Position numbers and translations under genes: made by a program
Notes under the pieces: generated by a model
Seen by the model: the letters and a program-made list of their open reading frames with translations, nothing else
Databases searched by the model: none
Told to the model about the DNA's origin: nothing
Part shown: piece by piece, positions 8,400 through 17,680 of the stretch
Numbering within the stretch: position 1 is the stretch's first letter
How the letters are laid out: each line of letters opens with the position of its first letter
Assembly (NCBI GenBank): GCA_045106895.1
Contig: JBGCFM010000062.1
Coordinates: forward strand, 113,745 to 177,744
From: Polyangiales bacterium
GTDB taxonomy: Bacteria > Myxococcota_A > Polyangia > Polyangiales > Houyiibacteriaceae
Direction: 5' to 3'
Length of the DNA stretch: 64,000 nt

Positions 8400-9266
8400 A
8401 TGATCTCATCGAGCCTGCGACATCTTGCCCCGCTTCTCTTCTGCGTTGTCTTCCACGCTGGTTGCTTCAACTCCGGTATGGGCGACGTCCCGGACGCCGC
8501 CGCGGACGCCCCCTCGATGGACGCCTTCAGCTTCGACGCTGGTCCCGGTTTCGACGCTGGCCCCGGTTTCGACGCCGGACCCGGTTTCGACGCCGGACCC
8601 GTTTTTGACGCTGGGACGCCAAGCAGCTGCGCCGCAGAGGACGCCCGCGCCGTCGACTGCCCCAGGTTCCTCTGTGACGAGCCAGCCCGTTGGCAGTGGA
8701 ATGGGCACTCCTGTTTTCCCATCGAATGCGGCGCCTGCGAAGGCGCCGACTGCGGCACCGGGCCCTTCGAGCGGGAGGAATGCGAAGCTGCGCACCGCAC
8801 TTGCGACTCCACGCTCTGCCGCGCGAGTGCTGGGACCTGGCGATTCTGGGGTCGAGGGGACTGCGGCTTCGTCTGCGGCTTCCCAAGCGGCGACGACTGC
8901 GCGGACGGCCCCACGTGTGACTGTGGAGCCTTCGCCAACTTCGTCGAAGGACGTGGCTGCGTCCGGGAGGACTCCTGCATCCCGCCGCCTATCTTCGTTC
9001 CGCCCCAGGAATACTGCGAGCGAAGCGGCGGCGAGTGGGGAGGCTTCTGCGCGCACTCTCATTGCGGTCAGCGCAGCCCCTTGGCCTGTGCACAACCCGC
9101 CTGCCACTGCCCGTGGCCGCAGGTCTTCGACGAAGGGCGTGGTTGCGTTGAAGGCGAAGCTTGTTTCCGCGGTGACGGCGGCTGCAACGAGCTCAGCCTC
9201 TGTGGTCAAGGCATGGAGTGCATCGACGGCACCTGCGAATTCTCCGTTTGCCCCTTCGACGGCTGA
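8400..9266 (+). CDS. Cys-rich lipoprotein with FDAGPG linker repeats
   Basis: Signal ending HAGC; repeated Cys modules such as C..SGG.W...C..CG...CDC. Confidence 0.75.
   Translation: MISSSLRHLAPLLFCVVFHAGCFNSGMGDVPDAAADAPSMDAFSFDAGPGFDAGPGFDAGPGFDAGPVFDAGTPSSCAAEDARAVDCPRFLCDEPARWQWNGHSCFPIECGACEGADCGTGPFEREECEAAHRTCDSTLCRASAGTWRFWGRGDCGFVCGFPSGDDCADGPTCDCGAFANFVEGRGCVREDSCIPPPIFVPPQEYCERSGGEWGGFCAHSHCGQRSPLACAQPACHCPWPQVFDEGRGCVEGEACFRGDGGCNELSLCGQGMECIDGTCEFSVCPFDG
8532..8618 (+). repeat. Coding tandem repeat, 18-nt unit, about 5 copies (FDAGPG)
   Basis: TTCGACGC(T/C)GGNCCCG(G/T)T units at 8532, 8550, 8568 and 8586, plus a partial unit at 8604. Confidence 0.9.
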
Positions 9267-9312
9267 GCGAGCGCGTGCGAAGGCCCGACCCCCCTGTTAT
9301 GACGGCGGCTCC

Positions 9313-10368
9313 ATGAGCGAAACGACCGAAGAAGTCCAAGAAGAAGCCAAAACCGACGAGGTCCAATCGGCCAGCGAGGAGGAGCCCACGAACTTCGGAC
9401 TCTTGGGCCTGCGAAGCGCCATCGGCGGCCTCCTCATGGGTCTCGCCAACCTCGTCCCTGGCATCAGTGGCGGCACCATGCTCCTGGCTTCCGGCGTCTA
9501 CCTGCGCTTCATCGACGCCATCGCAGAGGTATCGCGTCTCAAGTTTCGTAAGGCTTCCCTCTTCGTTCTCGGCACCATCGTGGTGACGGCGGCGGCGGCC
9601 ATCTTGGTCTTTTCGGGGCCGGTTAAAGACCTCGTCGTGAGCCACCGCTGGGTGATGTACAGCCTCTTCATCGGACTGACCCTGGGCGGCGTCCCCCTCG
9701 TCTGGAAGCTTGCCAGACCTGCCACCGGCGCCACGTGGGGCGGCGCTTTGGTCGGCTTCGGCATTCTTGCGGGCCTCGGATTCACCAGCGTCTCCGCCGG
9801 CGCGAACACCGGCTTCCTGCTCATGTTCATCGCGGGTGTCGCGGGCGCGAGCGCGATGATTCTCCCAGGCGTCAGCGGCGGCTACCTCTTGGTGTTGATG
9901 GGGGCCTACGTTCCGATCCTCAGCGGCATCGACGCATTCAAAGAAGGCCTCAAGGCGCGCTCCATGGACGCCATCATGGGCCCCGCGATGGACGTGGTTC
10001 TTCCCGTTGGGCTGGGCGTCGTCGTCGGCGTCCTCGTGGTCTCGAACGGCCTAAAGTTTGTTCTCGAGCGATACGAAAAGGCGACCCTCGGCGTTCTCCT
10101 GGGGTTCCTCGTCGGCAGTGTCGTAGGCCTCTGGCCGTTCCAGCAGGGCGTTGAACCTGTCATCGGAGGCTTGGACGCCCGCGGACGCACCGTGACCCCC
10201 GAGCTTCTCGAAGAGCTCACGCCCGAAAAGTGGCCCACCGAGTTCTTCACGCCAAGCGGCGGACAAATCGGGGCGGCCCTCGGCCTCATCGTCGTCGGCA
10301 CGCTCATCACCATGGCCGTGGCCAAGGTCGGCGCCGGCAAAGACGAGCTCAAGAAGAAGAAAGCCTAA
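9313..10368 (+). CDS. DUF368 family membrane protein (putative undecaprenyl-phosphate translocase)
   Basis: Two PGxSG motifs (MGLANLVPGISGGTM; AMILPGVSGGY) and multiple TM segments. Confidence 0.88.
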   Translation: MSETTEEVQEEAKTDEVQSASEEEPTNFGLLGLRSAIGGLLMGLANLVPGISGGTMLLASGVYLRFIDAIAEVSRLKFRKASLFVLGTIVVTAAAAILVFSGPVKDLVVSHRWVMYSLFIGLTLGGVPLVWKLARPATGATWGGALVGFGILAGLGFTSVSAGANTGFLLMFIAGVAGASAMILPGVSGGYLLVLMGAYVPILSGIDAFKEGLKARSMDAIMGPAMDVVLPVGLGVVVGVLVVSNGLKFVLERYEKATLGVLLGFLVGSVVGLWPFQQGVEPVIGGLDARGRTVTPELLEELTPEKWPTEFFTPSGGQIGAALGLIVVGTLITMAVAKVGAGKDELKKKKA

Positions 10369-10411
10369 ACGAAGGCGGGAATAGACCCCTCACGAGGGGC
10401 ATTCCATCGCC

Positions 10412-11269
10412 ATGGAGACACGTTTCCCTTGGCACTGGAAAGAAGGACGCACCGAGCGTCTTGTGGCGAGCGCTTGTATTCTGTGTGCGGCGCTCGCGGC
10501 TCCGGCTTTCGTTTCCGCGATCCTCCACGACCAATCGACGTACAACACGGCGAAGGATGGGGTGCCACTCGTGCTGAGCACGGCTCTCTGGGCCTGGTGC
10601 TTCCATCGTTTCCTTTGGAAACGAAGCCTGAGCCACGCGTTCTGGTTGGGCCCGCTTCTCGGTGCGCTCAACGCCGGTACGACCTTTGGACTTTCATCCT
10701 TCGTCGCCGGCCAAGGAGCAGGTTCCGCGGTTGGGGGCCTGCTCGTCGGTTCGGTGTTCGGGACCTTCATTGGGGGTGGCCCCCTCGGCATTGGTTTCGC
10801 TGCGGTCTTGGCCAGCTACATCAAAGCCGTTCGATACCGAATCGCCACCGGTGCTACGGCGGCGTCGCTCCACGTGTTGCGCGCGAGCGCGTGGCTCTTC
10901 GCTTTCGGCGGTGGTTGCTGCACCTACCTCCAGCTACGGCCGCAAGCAGACCTCTCTTGGCCCACAAGCGCGCTCCTGGTCGTGGGCTTGGTCATTGCGC
11001 TCATCGCCCTCGTCGCACACCTGCACGCCATCTTGTGGACGCGGAGCGTGCGTGCTGGCTCGAAGCGCGCGCACATTCGGCGCGATGAGTTCGACGCGGA
11101 GCTAGTCGTCCTCGAAGTTCGCGGCGCCGAAGAAGGCGCCTTTCGCACCCCAGAGCACGAGCGAGTCCTTGGATACCTACCGCAGCATCTCGGCTTCGGC
11201 GCCGCTCAATGCACAGCGGCGACGGCCGCCCTCATCACGGCTCTCGTCGTCCTCAATACGCTCGCGTGA
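10412..11269 (+). CDS. Hypothetical integral membrane protein
   Basis: About 6-7 hydrophobic segments; fills the gap between neighbours. Confidence 0.6.
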   Translation: METRFPWHWKEGRTERLVASACILCAALAAPAFVSAILHDQSTYNTAKDGVPLVLSTALWAWCFHRFLWKRSLSHAFWLGPLLGALNAGTTFGLSSFVAGQGAGSAVGGLLVGSVFGTFIGGGPLGIGFAAVLASYIKAVRYRIATGATAASLHVLRASAWLFAFGGGCCTYLQLRPQADLSWPTSALLVVGLVIALIALVAHLHAILWTRSVRAGSKRAHIRRDEFDAELVVLEVRGAEEGAFRTPEHERVLGYLPQHLGFGAAQCTAATAALITALVVLNTLA

Positions 11270-11282
11270 GTCCACGCGCGCG

Positions 11283-11996
11283 CTATCCATTCGGCATCGT
11301 GAGGTACGCCATCATGGAGCGGATCATCTCCTTCGACGTCGCCTCATCGCTCACTTCCTGCACGACATCCGTGTGGGCGTAGAGAGACCGAATGTCGCGG
11401 ACGGCGAAGGCCTGACTGAGCGCAAAACGAACGGCCTGTTCAGGATCCGGGTGGGTGATCTCGTCACGCCTCATCAACAGAAGCGCCGCAACGGAGTCCG
11501 TGACTTCGCGGCGAAAGTCGAACGCCGGAGCCCACGCATCAGGGTTGCGCGCCGTCGCCTCGAGGATCGCTGCCTGAAGACGCTCGCGACCCCGTGAGTT
11601 CTCGGCGTACGCGTAGATGAGCGCGTGGATGATCGCGCGGAGAGGAACGCCGTCCCATCGCTCCGGATTGAGGAGCTCCCCAACCTGGTCATTGATGCGC
11701 CCAAGCTCCCGTTCATGAAGGGCGCGCAGCAGCTCGTCCTTGTCGCGGAATCGCGCATAGAACCCGCCGACGGAGCTCTTCGCCTCGCGCACGATGGACG
11801 CGATGGACACGCCAGCCAGCCCATCACGGCAGATGAGCTTCTCCGCGGCATCGAGGAGCCTTTGGAGGGTCGCCTCGGAACGCCCCTGCTTGGGCCGGGC
11901 GACGCTTCGAAGATCCGAGGCAAGCCCCAGGACGCCCTTAATTACGGCGCCTTTCGCTTTTCTGGTCTTTTTTTGAGTGGTGGACTTGTCAGACAT
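11283..11996 (-). CDS. TetR/AcrR-family regulator
   Basis: PKQGRSEATLQRLLDAAEKLI...SIASIVREAKSSVGGFYARFRDKDELL HTH; divergent from the P450. Confidence 0.9.
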   Translation of the reverse strand: MSDKSTTQKKTRKAKGAVIKGVLGLASDLRSVARPKQGRSEATLQRLLDAAEKLICRDGLAGVSIASIVREAKSSVGGFYARFRDKDELLRALHERELGRINDQVGELLNPERWDGVPLRAIIHALIYAYAENSRGRERLQAAILEATARNPDAWAPAFDFRREVTDSVAALLLMRRDEITHPDPEQAVRFALSQAFAVRDIRSLYAHTDVVQEVSDEATSKEMIRSMMAYLTMPNG

Positions 11997-12030
11997 GAAG
12001 TGAGGCCGCACTCTAGCAGAGACCAAAAGA

Positions 12031-12043
12031 AGAATCCGATTCT
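12031..12043. promoter_or_regulatory. Candidate TetR operator palindrome
   Basis: AGAATC-C-GATTCT in the AT-rich tetR/P450 divergent spacer. Confidence 0.45.
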
Positions 12044-12094
12044 GTTTCTTGAATAAGTTCCCGAGACCGGATTTCGAGACAAAGGCACGACCTG

Positions 12095-13654
12095 ATGAAC
12101 CACGCCGCAAAACACACGCCCTCGCCGCAGCTGCTCAGCGAGCGCGCCCGCCACATGGCCGACGAACGAGCCGAGAACGCTCGCCTTCCGCCAGAGCTCC
12201 GCGCCATCAACCCGTCGGCGTTTCTGAACCCACCGAAGGCGCCCGGCGACGCCTTGCTCGCCCCGGAGCCTCCAGGCGCGCTCCCCCTGCTCGGACACGC
12301 CCGCGCCATCGCGTTGGGCCAAGGCAGCAAGACGCTCGACAAGTTCGTGGAGCTCCGCGAGAACCACGGAGATGTCGTGCGGCTGCGCTTCGCGTCCCTC
12401 GTCGTGCACCTGGTGTCGAATCCGGATCTAATTCGCCAGGTTCTCCGCGAGAGCAATACCTACACGAAGGAGACGCGCGGCATCTACAAGATGCGTCTCG
12501 TTCTCGGCAACGGCCTGGTCACCAGCCAGGGCCCTTCGTGGCTCCGTAACCGGCGCATCGCGCAGCCCGCCTTCGCGAAGAAACGCATCGCCGGCTTCGC
12601 CGAGACCATGGCGAGCGCATCTCAGGATATGGTCGACGCGTGGACAGAAGGCGAGACCATCGACATTCACCAAGAGATGATGCGGGTCACTTTGAGGATC
12701 ATCGCCGCGACGATGTTGAGCGCCGACGTCACGAACGAAAGCGACCGCGTCGGCGAAGCCGTGAGCTACGTCGTCGAAGACATCAACCGACGCCTCAACT
12801 CGGTCCTCGACGTCCCGCAGAAGATCCCAACGCACCGCAACCGTAAGTTCCAAAAGGCGATGGACACCCTCGACGAAGTGGTCCTCGGCACCATCGAGGA
12901 GCGACGCGTCAGCGAGCCTAAAAACGACCTTCTTCAGATGTTCATGGAGTCCGTCGACTCCGACACCGGCGAGACCATGGACGACGCGCAGCTGCGCGAC
13001 GAAGTGATGACGATCTTCCTCGCAGGCCACGAGACCACCGCCAACGCCCTCACCTGGGCGCTCTATCTCCTGTCGAAGAACCCTGGTGTCGCGCGCGCCG
13101 TTCGCGAGGAGGTGCGGAACGTGGCCGGAGACGAACCCATCTCCGCTGCTCATACGCGACAGCTCGACCTCACGGGGCGTGTCCTCCAAGAGGCCATGCG
13201 CCTGTACCCGCCAGTGTGGATGACAGCGCGCTCACCCAACGCTGACGTCACTCTGGGCGGCTATCATATCCCCGAAGGAAGCCTCATCCTCGCGAGCCCT
13301 TACGTCACACACCGCCACCCCGACCATTGGGAAGACCCAGAAGGTTTTGACCCGGACCGCTTCCTCGCGGAGAAGAGCAAGGACCGAAACCGATCAGCGT
13401 ACTTCCCATTCGGCGGCGGCCCGCGCATCTGCATCGGCAATCACTTCGCCATGATGGAAGCGCAGATCATTCTCGGCACGATCCTGCGTGACAACCGACT
13501 CGATCTCGTGCCCGGCGCGAATATCGAGATGGAGCCCGTCGTCACGCTGCGGCCAAAAGACGGAATGCCGATGCGGCCTTTCGCGGTGAAGAACACGACG
13601 CCGACGAACTCCAACGATCCCTCGAAGCCAGAAGCGCCGACGGAAGCGGCGTAG
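12095..13654 (+). CDS. Cytochrome P450 (start may be ATG12155)
   Basis: AGHETT I-helix, EAMR (ExxR), FDPDRF, FGGGPRICIG heme ligand loop. Confidence 0.95.
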   Translation: MNHAAKHTPSPQLLSERARHMADERAENARLPPELRAINPSAFLNPPKAPGDALLAPEPPGALPLLGHARAIALGQGSKTLDKFVELRENHGDVVRLRFASLVVHLVSNPDLIRQVLRESNTYTKETRGIYKMRLVLGNGLVTSQGPSWLRNRRIAQPAFAKKRIAGFAETMASASQDMVDAWTEGETIDIHQEMMRVTLRIIAATMLSADVTNESDRVGEAVSYVVEDINRRLNSVLDVPQKIPTHRNRKFQKAMDTLDEVVLGTIEERRVSEPKNDLLQMFMESVDSDTGETMDDAQLRDEVMTIFLAGHETTANALTWALYLLSKNPGVARAVREEVRNVAGDEPISAAHTRQLDLTGRVLQEAMRLYPPVWMTARSPNADVTLGGYHIPEGSLILASPYVTHRHPDHWEDPEGFDPDRFLAEKSKDRNRSAYFPFGGGPRICIGNHFAMMEAQIILGTILRDNRLDLVPGANIEMEPVVTLRPKDGMPMRPFAVKNTTPTNSNDPSKPEAPTEAA

Positions 13655-13702
13655 TGAGGCGAGCGGCGCGCTAGGGAACCGAGGGCCCCGGGCTCCTCGC
13701 TC

Positions 13703-14038
13703 TTACTCCGCCTCGTCGGCGGACTCGTTGAGTTCCCCGCGCGCGGCCTTGTCGAGCCAAATGCGGATCTCTTTTTCGACGTAGCCGAGCGCCAGCTTCT
13801 TGAATGGGCGGAAGAGTAGAGGAACGTCTAGGTCCATCAAGACCTTTCCGGGCACGAGCTCCATCGTTCCTTCGAGGGTGACCATCTTGACGGTGAAGGT
13901 GACGTCGCAGTGCGTGTCACTCGTCCAATTCGCCGTGGGCTTGAACTCTGCGTATTCAACGCTGTAAACGGCGTACGCTTTTTCCGCCGCGAGGCGCGCC
14001 AGAGGGATATCGAGTTGGTGTTCTACAGCGTGCTGCAT
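13703..14038 (-). CDS. Putative polyhydroxyalkanoic acid system (PHA_gran_rgn-like) small protein
   Basis: MQHAVEHQLDIPLAR...W...VTFTV..VTLEGTMEL...LDVPLLFRPFK pattern; 111 aa. Confidence 0.6.
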   Translation of the reverse strand: MQHAVEHQLDIPLARLAAEKAYAVYSVEYAEFKPTANWTSDTHCDVTFTVKMVTLEGTMELVPGKVLMDLDVPLLFRPFKKLALGYVEKEIRIWLDKAARGELNESADEAE

Positions 14039-14093
14039 CCGGAAACCTTTATCATAGAAGCTGCGAGAGAGACGAGGGAAGTGAGCGCGGCAT

Positions 14094-15017
14094 TCATCCG
14101 TTGAGGCGGCGCCACGCCACACGAAGTCGACGCTCACCGGCCTTATTCGCGACGTTCATGATGGGAAGGTCGCGCTCAAAACGTGTTCGAACCGTTGGCT
14201 CTACGGCGCTCCACGGGAGGCTCTCGATGAGAGCAGCGAGACGCCTCTGGATGCCGCCGACGGCGACGTGAACAGCGGCGTCGAGAGGATCGACGAGGCA
14301 AAGTGGGAAGATCGCTGCGGCGAACGCCGTCAGCGCTTCGAGCTCCGCCGGGCCCCAGCCGCTGAGTCGACCCATGCGCATGAGGTGTCCGACGATCGCC
14401 GCCGTGACATGAAGATCTTCGGTGGTCCGGAAAGGCTTTACGTACTCATCGTAGCCGTCGCCTTCGAGCACCTCGTCCATGCTGACGCGGACGCGTGTGA
14501 GCGAGAGTTGAGCGTGGGGGATCTCTGGAGCGAAGGGATAGTCCGGCCGAGGAATCAGCTCGACTCCTTCGCGCCCCGCAGGAACCCGCGCCACGCGAAT
14601 GCGACGCCGTTCGTGATCATCAAGGCCGATGTGGCCGACGATAAGAAGCTCTTCGGCGTGCGCGCCGAGTGTCACGTGGGTTTTGTACCCGCTGACTTCG
14701 TAGGCGTCGCCCTTGAGTTCAAAGTGCGTATCGAGGGCGCTCGGCGCCGTGCCGCCTTTTTCCGTGATGCAGAACGCGGAGCGAACACCCACCAACACGG
14801 GAAAGAGCGCCCCGAGAGCTTCCTGGTAACCGCTCGCGAAAGCATAGCCCAAACGATCCGCCGCGAAGCCGCCGGCAAAGGCGCGCGCCGCGTTGGTCGC
14901 AAATCGTCCGCCGACTTTTTCGTGGCGCTTCCACCACGCGTCGACGCTCGACATAGAGCTGACGTGTGGCGCATCCGCGAGCAGATGCCGAAGAACGTCG
15001 ACGAGCTCTGAAGCCAT
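14094..15017 (-). CDS. Acyl-CoA dehydrogenase-like protein (short, atypical)
   Basis: AFCITEKGG, VSGYKTHVT, VLEGDGY.YVKPFRT.ED motifs. Confidence 0.7.
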   Translation of the reverse strand: MASELVDVLRHLLADAPHVSSMSSVDAWWKRHEKVGGRFATNAARAFAGGFAADRLGYAFASGYQEALGALFPVLVGVRSAFCITEKGGTAPSALDTHFELKGDAYEVSGYKTHVTLGAHAEELLIVGHIGLDDHERRRIRVARVPAGREGVELIPRPDYPFAPEIPHAQLSLTRVRVSMDEVLEGDGYDEYVKPFRTTEDLHVTAAIVGHLMRMGRLSGWGPAELEALTAFAAAIFPLCLVDPLDAAVHVAVGGIQRRLAALIESLPWSAVEPTVRTRFERDLPIMNVANKAGERRLRVAWRRLNG

Positions 15018-15020
15018 CCG

Positions 15021-16859
15021 CTACTTCTTGCCGTCGCGCCGTGGGCGCCGGTTTGCCGCGAGCACCTTCTTGCGAACACGAACTGCGTCCGGAGTGATCT
15101 CGACGAGTTCATCCTGGTCGATCCACTCCATCGCCGTTTCGATGGTGAGAATCTTGTGGGGTGTGAGGATCGTGTTCTCGTCCTTGCCGGCGGTACGCAC
15201 GTTCGTCAGCTTCTTCTCACGAACAGCGTTGACGTCGAGGTCGTTGGGCCGCGAGTGCTCACCGATAATCATGCCCTCGTACACCTTCGTGCTGGAGCCA
15301 ACGAACATGACGCCGCGGGGCTGAAGGTTGAAGAGCGCGTAAGGCGTCGTCGAACCCGTTCGGTCCGCCACGAGTCCACCGTTCTTACGGCGAAGCATCG
15401 GTCCGGCGTAGGGCATCCAGCCGCCGTGGAGCGTGTTCAGCAGGCCGGTGCCGCGCGTTTCCGTGAGGAAGAGCGTTCGGAAGCCGATGAGACCGCGGCT
15501 TGGAACCGTGAACTCGATGCGGGCTCGGCCGTGGCCGAGGTTGTTCATTCCCGTCATCTGGCCGCGGCGTTCGCCAAGGGCCTTGGTGACAGCGCCGACG
15601 TGGTTTTCGTCGACGTCGATGACGACGTGCTCAAGAGGCTCGTGCTCCTTGCCGTCGATCTCCTTGATGACCACCTCGGGCATGGAGAGGGCGATCTCGT
15701 AGCCCTCGCGACGCATCGTCTCCGCGAGGATCGCGAGCATCAGCTCACCGCGACCGTACACGAGGAACGCTTCCGCTTCATCGGTCTCTTCGACGCGAAG
15801 CGCAATGTTTCGCTGGCCTTCTTTGAAGAGGCGGTCACGAACGTGACGGCTCGTCACGAACTTGCCGCTCTGCCCAGCGAAGGGGGACTTATTGACGAGG
15901 AAGCGCACCTTAATGGTGGGCTCGTCGACCTTGATGCGCTCGAGAGGCTCCGCCTGCTCCTGGGCGTCCGTCAGCGTGTCGCCGATGACGACCTCCGGGA
16001 TGCCGCTGATGGCAATGATGTCGCCAGCGCTCGCCTCGTCGATGCGGACTCGGTCCATGAGCTCAAAACCCCAGAGCGTTCCGATTTCGTGTGTCGTCAC
16101 CTTGGAGTCGGCGCCAAGGAGCGCGACACGCTGGCGATGCTTCACCGAACCGCTTCGAATGCGGCCGATGGCAAGACGTCCAACGTAGTCGTCGTGGAGC
16201 GTGTTGTGCACGAGGATCTGAAGCGGACCATCCGGGTCTTCGCTCGGAGCGGGAACGCGCTCGACGATGGTCTTGAAGAGCGGCTCAAGGCTGTCGGACT
16301 TCGTCTCCATGTCGTACTGGGCGATGCCGTCTTTGCCGATGGCGAAGATCGCGGCGAAGTCTGCCTGCTCGTCGCTGGCGCCGAGGTCACAGAAGAGGTC
16401 GAAGACCTCGTTCAGGGCCTCGTCAGGACGGGCGTCCTTACGGTCGATCTTGTTGACGACCACGATGATCGGCATGTTGAGTTCGATGCACTTGCCCAAG
16501 ACGAAGCGCGTCTGCGGCAGAGCGCCTTCAGCGGCGTCGACGAGGAGCAAGGCTCCATCGGCCATACGCAAGGTACGCTCGACCTCACCACCGAAGTCGG
16601 CATGGCCGGGGGTATCGATGATGTTGATCTTGTGACCCTCCCAGCGCACCGAAGCGTGCTTGGCGAGGATGGTGATCCCACGCTCTCGCTCCAGGTCGTT
16701 GGAGTCCATGACGCGGTCTTTGACCGCCTCATTCTCGCGGAAAGCCCCGGTCTGCTTGAGCATGGCGTCGACGAGAGTCGTTTTTCCATGGTCAACGTGG
16801 GCGATGATCGCGATATTTCGAAGCATTTCGCGAGATGTAGCTGGAATTGGGTCGGCCAT
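15021..16859 (-). CDS. typA: Translational GTPase TypA/BipA
   Basis: RNIAIIAHVDHGKTTLVD, ERERGITILAK, DTPGHADFGGEVER, NKID, C-terminal KKLTNVR...DELVEITP. Confidence 0.97.
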   Translation of the reverse strand: MADPIPATSREMLRNIAIIAHVDHGKTTLVDAMLKQTGAFRENEAVKDRVMDSNDLERERGITILAKHASVRWEGHKINIIDTPGHADFGGEVERTLRMADGALLLVDAAEGALPQTRFVLGKCIELNMPIIVVVNKIDRKDARPDEALNEVFDLFCDLGASDEQADFAAIFAIGKDGIAQYDMETKSDSLEPLFKTIVERVPAPSEDPDGPLQILVHNTLHDDYVGRLAIGRIRSGSVKHRQRVALLGADSKVTTHEIGTLWGFELMDRVRIDEASAGDIIAISGIPEVVIGDTLTDAQEQAEPLERIKVDEPTIKVRFLVNKSPFAGQSGKFVTSRHVRDRLFKEGQRNIALRVEETDEAEAFLVYGRGELMLAILAETMRREGYEIALSMPEVVIKEIDGKEHEPLEHVVIDVDENHVGAVTKALGERRGQMTGMNNLGHGRARIEFTVPSRGLIGFRTLFLTETRGTGLLNTLHGGWMPYAGPMLRRKNGGLVADRTGSTTPYALFNLQPRGVMFVGSSTKVYEGMIIGEHSRPNDLDVNAVREKKLTNVRTAGKDENTILTPHKILTIETAMEWIDQDELVEITPDAVRVRKKVLAANRRPRRDGKK

Positions 16860-16941
16860 GGCGCGCGCTTGCTAGCACGCTCCTCCCCGGCGGTCACGTG
16901 AGTAGGTGAAACCCTTTCCATCTGCTGATATAGAGGGACCC

Positions 16942-17661
16942 ATGCGATTCGGTTTTCCCTTGGGTTTTCTGCTCCTTCTGGCCCTGGGCTGTGGCGACGA
17001 CGACATGTCGTTTCCTGACGCTGGGCCCTCCGAAGACGCCGCCAGCGACACATCCGCGGACGTCGTCGCGGATGCTCCGGCGGACGTCCAGCCCGACGCT
17101 CCGGCAGATCGTCTGACGGAAATAGAGACGACCATGCCCGACGAGGACCCAATTGGGGGCTTTGCCGAGTGCACGGTGACGACGGCCCTCCACATGACCG
17201 GACGAGCCGGGCACATCACTCCGTGCGAGCCGCTCACCTACAGTCTCTCCACGCCGGCGAGCGGCGACCACTACTCGCGCTGGGCCGATTTTCGCCGATA
17301 CGAGGAGCCCGTGCCTCAGGGATTCCTTGTTCACGCCATGGAACACGGCGCCATCGTTTTTCAGATCGGCTGCGGCGACGACTGCGGAACACTCCTAGAG
17401 ACCATCGACGCGCTCATCGCGGCCCACGGAGATGACGAAGCGTGCGCGTCGAATGACGTAAGCGCGCGCTTCATCGTCGTGCCGAACCCCGACCTAAGCG
17501 AAGGCGCCTTCGCGATGACTGCGTGGGAACACGTCTACCTCGGCACCTGTGTCCACGAAGAGTCCATGGCGGCGTTCATCGAGGACCACTACGCGCAAGG
17601 CCCCGAGGACGTCTGCGCCCGCGGCTTCGACGGCGAAGGGCGTGGCGGCTGGTGCGAGTAG
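16942..17661 (+). CDS. DUF3105 family lipoprotein
   Basis: Lipobox ALGC; P.SGDHY..W, LVHAMEHGAIV, TAW motifs. Confidence 0.8.
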   Translation: MRFGFPLGFLLLLALGCGDDDMSFPDAGPSEDAASDTSADVVADAPADVQPDAPADRLTEIETTMPDEDPIGGFAECTVTTALHMTGRAGHITPCEPLTYSLSTPASGDHYSRWADFRRYEEPVPQGFLVHAMEHGAIVFQIGCGDDCGTLLETIDALIAAHGDDEACASNDVSARFIVVPNPDLSEGAFAMTAWEHVYLGTCVHEESMAAFIEDHYAQGPEDVCARGFDGEGRGGWCE

Positions 17662-17680
17662 CGGCGAATACCCGCGAGTC

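Noticed and set aside
8532..8618. Tandem repeat as a possible CRISPR array
   Set aside because: No spacers, in-frame 18-nt units with synonymous variation, and no cas genes.
15156..16901. 581-aa plus-strand ORF
   Set aside because: Antisense shadow of typA. The same applies to 24273-25667, 28218-29444, 41048-42097 and 62418-63836 opposite real genes.
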